In this document: piece after piece, positions 34,762-40,737 of the stretch
How positions within the stretch are numbered: position 1 is the stretch's first letter
Layout: each line of letters begins with the position of its first letter
NCBI GenBank assembly: GCA_021432655.1
Contig: MU271598.1
Coordinates: forward strand, 1 to 40,737
DNA: 40,737 bases
From: Atractiella rhizophila
Taxonomy: Eukaryota
Direction: 5' to 3'
Notes under the pieces: model-generated
Databases searched by the model: none
Seen by the model: only the letters and a program-made list of their open reading frames with translations
Told to the model about the DNA's origin: nothing
Program-made: the position numbers and the translations under genes

Positions 34762-35408
34762 GTATTGTTTGAGACTAATCGGAAATGAATTTGGAATTTC
34801 AGACTAAGAGTATTTTCAATGGTGCCTAATCTCAGAGTATATCTTTCACAACTTGACGAAATAAAGAATTAAATTTGAGTTCCAAGACAGTATTATTTCC
34901 GAACACTAATGTAATAATGATACTGTTGCTACGGAACTGTAGTGCTTTCATTACATAACCTGCGGCCTGAGGCACTTTTACCAGCTTTTACTGTGATACA
35001 CCAGCCACTGCACCCAGTTAGTGCCAGCCTTTCACAGGTGTGTAATCTCTTTGGGGTTGCTGTCCCGTCCGCAGCTTCTAGATCCTCTTGTATCATGCGT
35101 TAGTGACAAGTCAACTGCACTACTAGGAAATTCTTAAATCGCTGGATCAGAGGCAGATTTAAGATGCCTCGATAGTGCCACGATCTTTGATTATTGCTAT
35201 TGAACAATGTCAAAATTACTTAGAACGCGAATCGAAGTTATTGCACTGAGTCGTGGCTCAGCGAGGTGTCCGACTTCCTAGTATCACACCTTTCCTTGCC
35301 TTGTTATATATCATGAAACCAGGCAGTTTTGATGGTTCAATCATTTCCTCCTACGTCCTTTCGTCATGCTCAAGTTCTTTCTGTTGTCAGGGTTAGAGCA
35401 CGCCCGCG

Positions 35409-38168
35409 ATGTCAACCGCGTTCCGTTGTGCTGCGTGCCAGAAGGCTGGAACAGCATGTCTTCGCGCTCACGTCAAACCAAGTTGCGATCGGTGCATGGC
35501 TCTCGATATTCCTTGCGAGTCGTCGCATCGGGTGCAACTAAAGATGAAAAATTCCAAAAGGTCTGCTACAACATCCCTATTTTTAACTTAGGCTTTTTAA
35601 CGCTCATCGAGTTGTGCAGGTGGGACATCGACGAGTTGCAAAATCGAGCGGGCTACACTTCTTCCAATCAGTTGCTTCGAGACATCACTCAGCTTGATGA
35701 GGGCGACAGGAAAAGAACAAAAAAGAAAGCTTCCCATTTGAGAGTTTTACAGCGAAATGGGTTCCAAGAACTGTGAGAGAAGCGTTATCCGATGGGTGCA
35801 CCTGACGAGCCCACTGTCAGGACCATTCGTTCCGAAACGAAAAAGCTAGGTAGCATATACCCTCAAGATTGGATTTCGGACAGTATATATCAATCTCAGA
35901 ACGTGGGGCACAAGTCGGTCAGTTTCAAACTCGGAGCTTTTCAGTTACAATCATCACTGGGAAATCATTTAATCAAGTGTTCGCACCCTATCATTCCCAA
36001 GTGCAAGCAATCACTCAAGAAGCTGGTGATAGTGGCTTTAACGCCCGATTTTCTCGTTAATCTTAAAAAGGTTACGGGTTTGGACTTTCCCACAGGGTGG
36101 GCTTCATTTAACATTCTCAAAGAAAACAAAGCTGGGTTGGGCGAGTTTTCAGAGGCGAGTCCAGCATCGTTCTATCTACAGCACCACTCATCACCTTTGG
36201 ACAGCTGTGGATTACCCTACTTCTTTCGATGGGGACATCAGAATCCTGGCACTCGGTGAGACCAGGCTGAACTAACGCAAACGTGTAAACTTAATGGTTA
36301 ACAGGGAATACTGGGTCGAGCGGCACTCTCAGAGCAACCACGTCAATCATTGAACAATGAGCTAGGTGACTACAGAACTTGCGGCGAAGCACGGTCTGGA
36401 GCCCGATGGGCACTTGCTATCAAAACCCTTTCATTAGCCGTTTCGGTCCTTCAAACTCCATCCCAACAAAGCCTCAGCATCACGAACGCAATACTTGGAA
36501 TCTTCAATAACTTCCGCTCCACCGATCTAACTTTATCGCTACTTGAATTGGGCGTTGGTCACTTTCGAAAATTACTTTCACAAATCGAGGATCGGCAGGA
36601 TAGGCGGCAATTTATCGATAAATTCTTCGTGCCACTTTATGTAGGCCTCTGATAACCGCCTGCTTCACGCTCAGGTTTACACAGGTAGCAGACGGGAAGC
36701 TACATAGCGAAGGACCAGGACTTCCAAAGTTGTGCGCGGCTCTTTTTTCCATGAACCACTCGCACTGATCAGGTGAGTAGCACTGACCACGACCTACGCT
36801 CCTTCCTTCGCTCAGTGGACCCGAGCGCAGAAATTTACATCGACCCAGAATACTTCTTCAGAATCCAATCCTCCGACCAGCCTTCAGTTCTAGGGGATTG
36901 TGAGTCTTACTGGAAGTTTCTGATTTGTATGAGGCGGCACTTCGCCATTGTTCGTGAGTTTTCTCACACTTCTGTGAGCACACCGTGACAGCTTTTGTAG
37001 GGGAAAGATTTACGGCCAAAACCTTCAATCAGTTCAAAACCTCAGCTTCAATGGCAGAGAATGCCATCTCTCAGCTCGTCAACCTTATGGCCAGATATCG
37101 CACTATGCGCGAGCAAAATTTCCGTCCCTCACCTCCTTCTCCTCGAAGTGGAACATCTATTCCACCTTACTACGTTGGACCTGGAGGAGAAGAAGCACTG
37201 AACATTACAAAAGTCCTCCAAGTCGAAGAGTCCACCGTCCTGTTCCTGACATGGGGGCTCGCCATCGAGCTTTGCGAGCGTTTTCCAACTAATTTAAGGC
37301 TGCAGGAACTTTGCGCCACTTTACAGCAAGCAGGAGATGTACAGATCAAGCTCTCGCTCGAGCTTTGGACCTTTGTTGTCGACCTATACCAAGTCCTTGA
37401 GCCATCTCAAAGCATCTTTCAGAGTCCCATTCGCGGGTACATGATCCTGATCCGGTCCTTTAGACTGTTACCCAAATCATGGAAGTATCTTGTACACTGG
37501 GAACGCAAGTTCCCTCAGCACAGTTCCATATTGCAACGGTCAGTCTTCTCCATTGTGTTTATTGCTTGATTTGACGGCCAGCTAGCACAATAGCGATTTG
37601 GAAGCACCTGTCTTTTTCTGCCTTTGAACGAACGACCAACATTCAGGAGTATGAGGAAGAACATGAGAGGATTGAAGTAAATTTGACTTTCTTTTCTGGC
37701 TAATATTTATGGTTGAGACCACAGGTTGCTGATCGATTTTCGGCTTTCCTCCCCTCGACTGATGCAACACTTTGCCTTGGCTCCAGCGAAAGAGTAAATC
37801 CAACACCACCGTCTCCTACGATTGCAGATTTCTCTCTTACTCTAGGATCAATCTCACACTCAAAGCAGACTTACTAACGTTCAACAGCGGGATCTGCTTC
37901 TTGGTGGAGTTATCCCAACATTTCTTCATGTCATATTTGGACAATATCACACTCCTGCGCAGTACATCGTAGACATCACATTTCTGCCCTTCAACTTTTG
38001 ATATTTCTAGGGCCTTTCGAGGCAGCATTCAGTTTCATCTCTGACGCCGCATTGTTGTTGTAGCCACCTTGTAAACTAGCTGTTCGATCGTCCACTTCAT
38101 CGATATGTGAATTAACGGGTCTTTCGAACAGAACAACTCCTAATCCTCAGTTTGGGCTTTCAGCATGA
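35409..38168 (+). CDS. Zn(II)2Cys6 fungal transcription factor-like protein (3' end approximate)
   Basis: First exon MSTAFRCAACQKAGTACLRAHVKPSCDRCMALDIPC fits C-x2-C-x6-C-x8-C-x2-C-x6-C. It splices (35561-35619) into a chain of downstream plus-strand exons (ORFs at 35792, 36350, 36773, 36985, 37772). Confidence 0.72.
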
Positions 38169-38690
38169 AGTGTGGTCAGAGGTGGCCTGCATGAAGCAAG
38201 TTGATGATGTGACATCAAAGGTTAAACATGCTAGTGTGTGATCGCCTCTCGTGATTCTGCAGGATGAGGATACTATGAGACGAGCGTAGATTGCATATCC
38301 TTGAGGCAGCCTTGTTTCGACATCACTCCTTTATTTCCTTTGATTAGTGAAAGTTCGTCGTTTCGTTTTAGTAGTGTATGAACAAGGTGAGGTGCTTGAT
38401 ATACTTGATTTTGTCTTCAGATTGTTGCGTCCTCATGCCTCAAATCGAGGATTGGTTTTTCGTTCGGATCTTGCCACGTTGCTGTGATATTGAACACAAT
38501 GAAACCTATGGCAGACGATTGCATTTAATGTTTGATTGTGAGAGTTAATATTTCAATGTAGTAGTAGTAGGCAATAATCGAACATTTCTCCTTGTATCCG
38601 TCCATCTATGGGATCTATCGCTAATTGAGGGTAAGTTTGGAACTTTTGGATTTTCGCTTCGTTACAGCGCGTATCTATGTTGCCACCATC

Positions 38691-40737
38691 CTAGCTGGAC
38701 TGGGCGTACTTTGACCAAGAGCGGAACTGTGCTCCTTTGAAGTAGAATAACTGGCTTCCATTTAGCATGGCGAATAGAATGAGAAACAGACTCACATAGA
38801 GCACGGGAATGAGTCCAATCTCCAATCCAGCAAGCAAACTACAGCCAGGACCAACTCCCAAATTCTTAAAGAGAGCTCTTCCGAAGAGAGGGAAACAGCT
38901 GAGTCAAGCATGAGTTGTTTCGTGTGCAGGTGAGCGAGGGAACAAACCCAGCCATGCAAGAGCGGAAGAAATCGTTTCCCGCTGAAAGCAAATGATTTTA
39001 GTAAACGTCTGGAGCTGACGAACAAATCCTACCTAACACACTCGCCTGATACCGTGGGTAACTCATTGGTAGGTATATCAGGCAAACCTGGAACATGAGG
39101 AAGATTCCAGCTAAAACCAATATCAGATAATGGTAGAAAGGGATAAGTGGCGGCAACTTACGCATGTATAGTGCTGCCGCGATGATCGGAGCAATCCAGT
39201 GCACAGACTCTCTTGAACTCCAACCTGAAAGCAATAATTAATCGTAGTCCGAGGCTAGAAATGTACGCATACCGTAGAAGAATAAGCTGACTGGGATGAA
39301 AAAGCAACACACCAGGCCTACTTCCAGTCGCTCCTCAGGGATAATGGTCCCATTGCGCATAAAGCGGGGCTCGTAAATATACTTCTGGGCGGCGGCGTAA
39401 ACTGCGAACGACAACATGCAGGTGATGGCGAATCCCACGAAAGGCAGTCCTTGTTCTCCAAGGTTGAAGTGATAGATTTCGCCAAAAACAATAGGGAAGG
39501 CTTCGAACCACCTAGACTCATCATGTAAGTAATTTTCATCGAAAATAAGTTCGAGACGAATTACAGATAGAAAATGGAATAAGTGAGACCTGCATTGACA
39601 TTAGCCATATTGATTAGACAAGGACAAAACAAACCTAAGTAAACGTTGATAAATAGCACGGCAGGTTCCATCATCAACTGGAATGGCTTGAGCAATGCCT
39701 CTGAAGCAATCTCTCCGAGAGTTAAGTTAGCTTGATCGATCTCGCTCTGACTCCTGAGCTTGTTGTTTCCAGTCAGTTTGCGCAAGCGCTGTGCCCGCTT
39801 CAGCAGAATCTTGGGTGCGTATGTCTCCGGGAGAATAAAAATCAATAAGATGCAGCTAAACCCGCAAATCCAAATCAACTGCGCGTTGTTTCAGTCAACA
39901 AGCACTCTCTAACGTGACAGAAAGCAGACCTCATAGAGCGGCCATTTGTAGCCATTATTTTGTGCAGCAAAACCGCCAACAACGGGCCCTAGTTTTCGAT
40001 CAGATCCAAGAAAGCATGAGCAGTTAGCCTACCCAGAACAGGTCCCAAGACCTAGTTTGCGCGTCAATACTGGGAAACAGAAGAAGCAGAGAACTGACAG
40101 CTCCTACAGCCCATCTATCTCGCAGCTCTGTCAGTGAAGCCGTAAGCGGTACGGGGAGTAATCACGCACAAGGCAATTACGTATGGCAACTTGATTCCGG
40201 GCCAAATGTCTGCCATTGAAGCCCCACCAGTAGCTAAAGCTGGTGAACCAACAAAACCAGTCAAGAAACGGAATGTCATCAAGGTCTCGTAGTTGCTGGT
40301 CGTAAAAGTAGGAATTTGAAAGATGACGAAAAGAAGGAGGGTATAAATGTAGGGAGGATTCCGGCCTACACATCTAATTGTCAGACCTAGACATGAGCCG
40401 CTGAGAATGCGGCAGACCAATGGCTGGGATTTCTGATAACGGGGAAAGAAACAATGGCCCTTGGACACAAAATATCAGCGGTGCATCGATTAACGATTCC
40501 TAGATACATACCGATCCCATATCCGATGACGAAGAGAGAGAGACCTAAGACACCTCGCACGTAGCTCACATGGAACCTCTCCATCACACCCGGAATCGAG
40601 GGGGAGCTTGAGAACGCCGTGAGCATACTCATCTCGACATTCGCTGCGACCAAAAGACCCACTAGATAGCGCTACCAATGTAAACTGAGGAAGATCACGG
40701 GATCCAGATTAATATGAGTACATTATGTTCTGTCGGA
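38691..40737 (-). CDS. MFS drug:H+ antiporter, DHA1 family (Flr1/Tpo1-like); 5' end outside the window
   Basis: VYIGSAIY, LGLSLFVIGYGIG, GRNPPYIYTL, FRFLTGFVGSPALATGGASMADI, LPETYAPKILLKRAQRLRKLTG, EPAVL, PEERLE, RESVHWIAPI, YPRYQASV, GNDFFRS; many short exons. Confidence 0.93.

Overview
Gene-dense, intron-rich fungal genomic DNA, most likely a basidiomycete (short ~50-nt introns, many micro-exons, a CPL1/PriA-type secreted protein). Genes in order: mitochondrial malonyl-CoA:ACP transacylase (partial), a CPL1/PriA-like secreted protein, mitochondrial HSP60, a multi-pass membrane protein (DUF3112/RTA1-like), a ~1.03-kb tandem duplication carrying two intact 8-exon MPC1 genes that the ORF track does not show, an expansin/RlpA-like secreted protein, an ADGF-type adenosine deaminase, an FHA-domain tail-anchored protein, a GH43 arabinanase-like protein, ALG1, SUS1/ENY2, proteasome beta-7 (PRE4), an M36 fungalysin, a second DUF3112/RTA1-like paralog, a hypothetical protein, a Zn2Cys6 factor and a DHA1 MFS transporter (partial). 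The most notable signals: (1) a ~190-nt multi-stem RNA fold with mutually exclusive pairings inside HSP60 intron 2, whose removal leaves an ordinary 50-nt intron; (2) the MPC1 tandem pair with only synonymous differences; (3) a 935-nt intron splitting the FHA domain; (4) a GH43 lacking its canonical catalytic-base Asp. Gene models, splice sites and pairings were all read by eye; no searches or folding programs were run.
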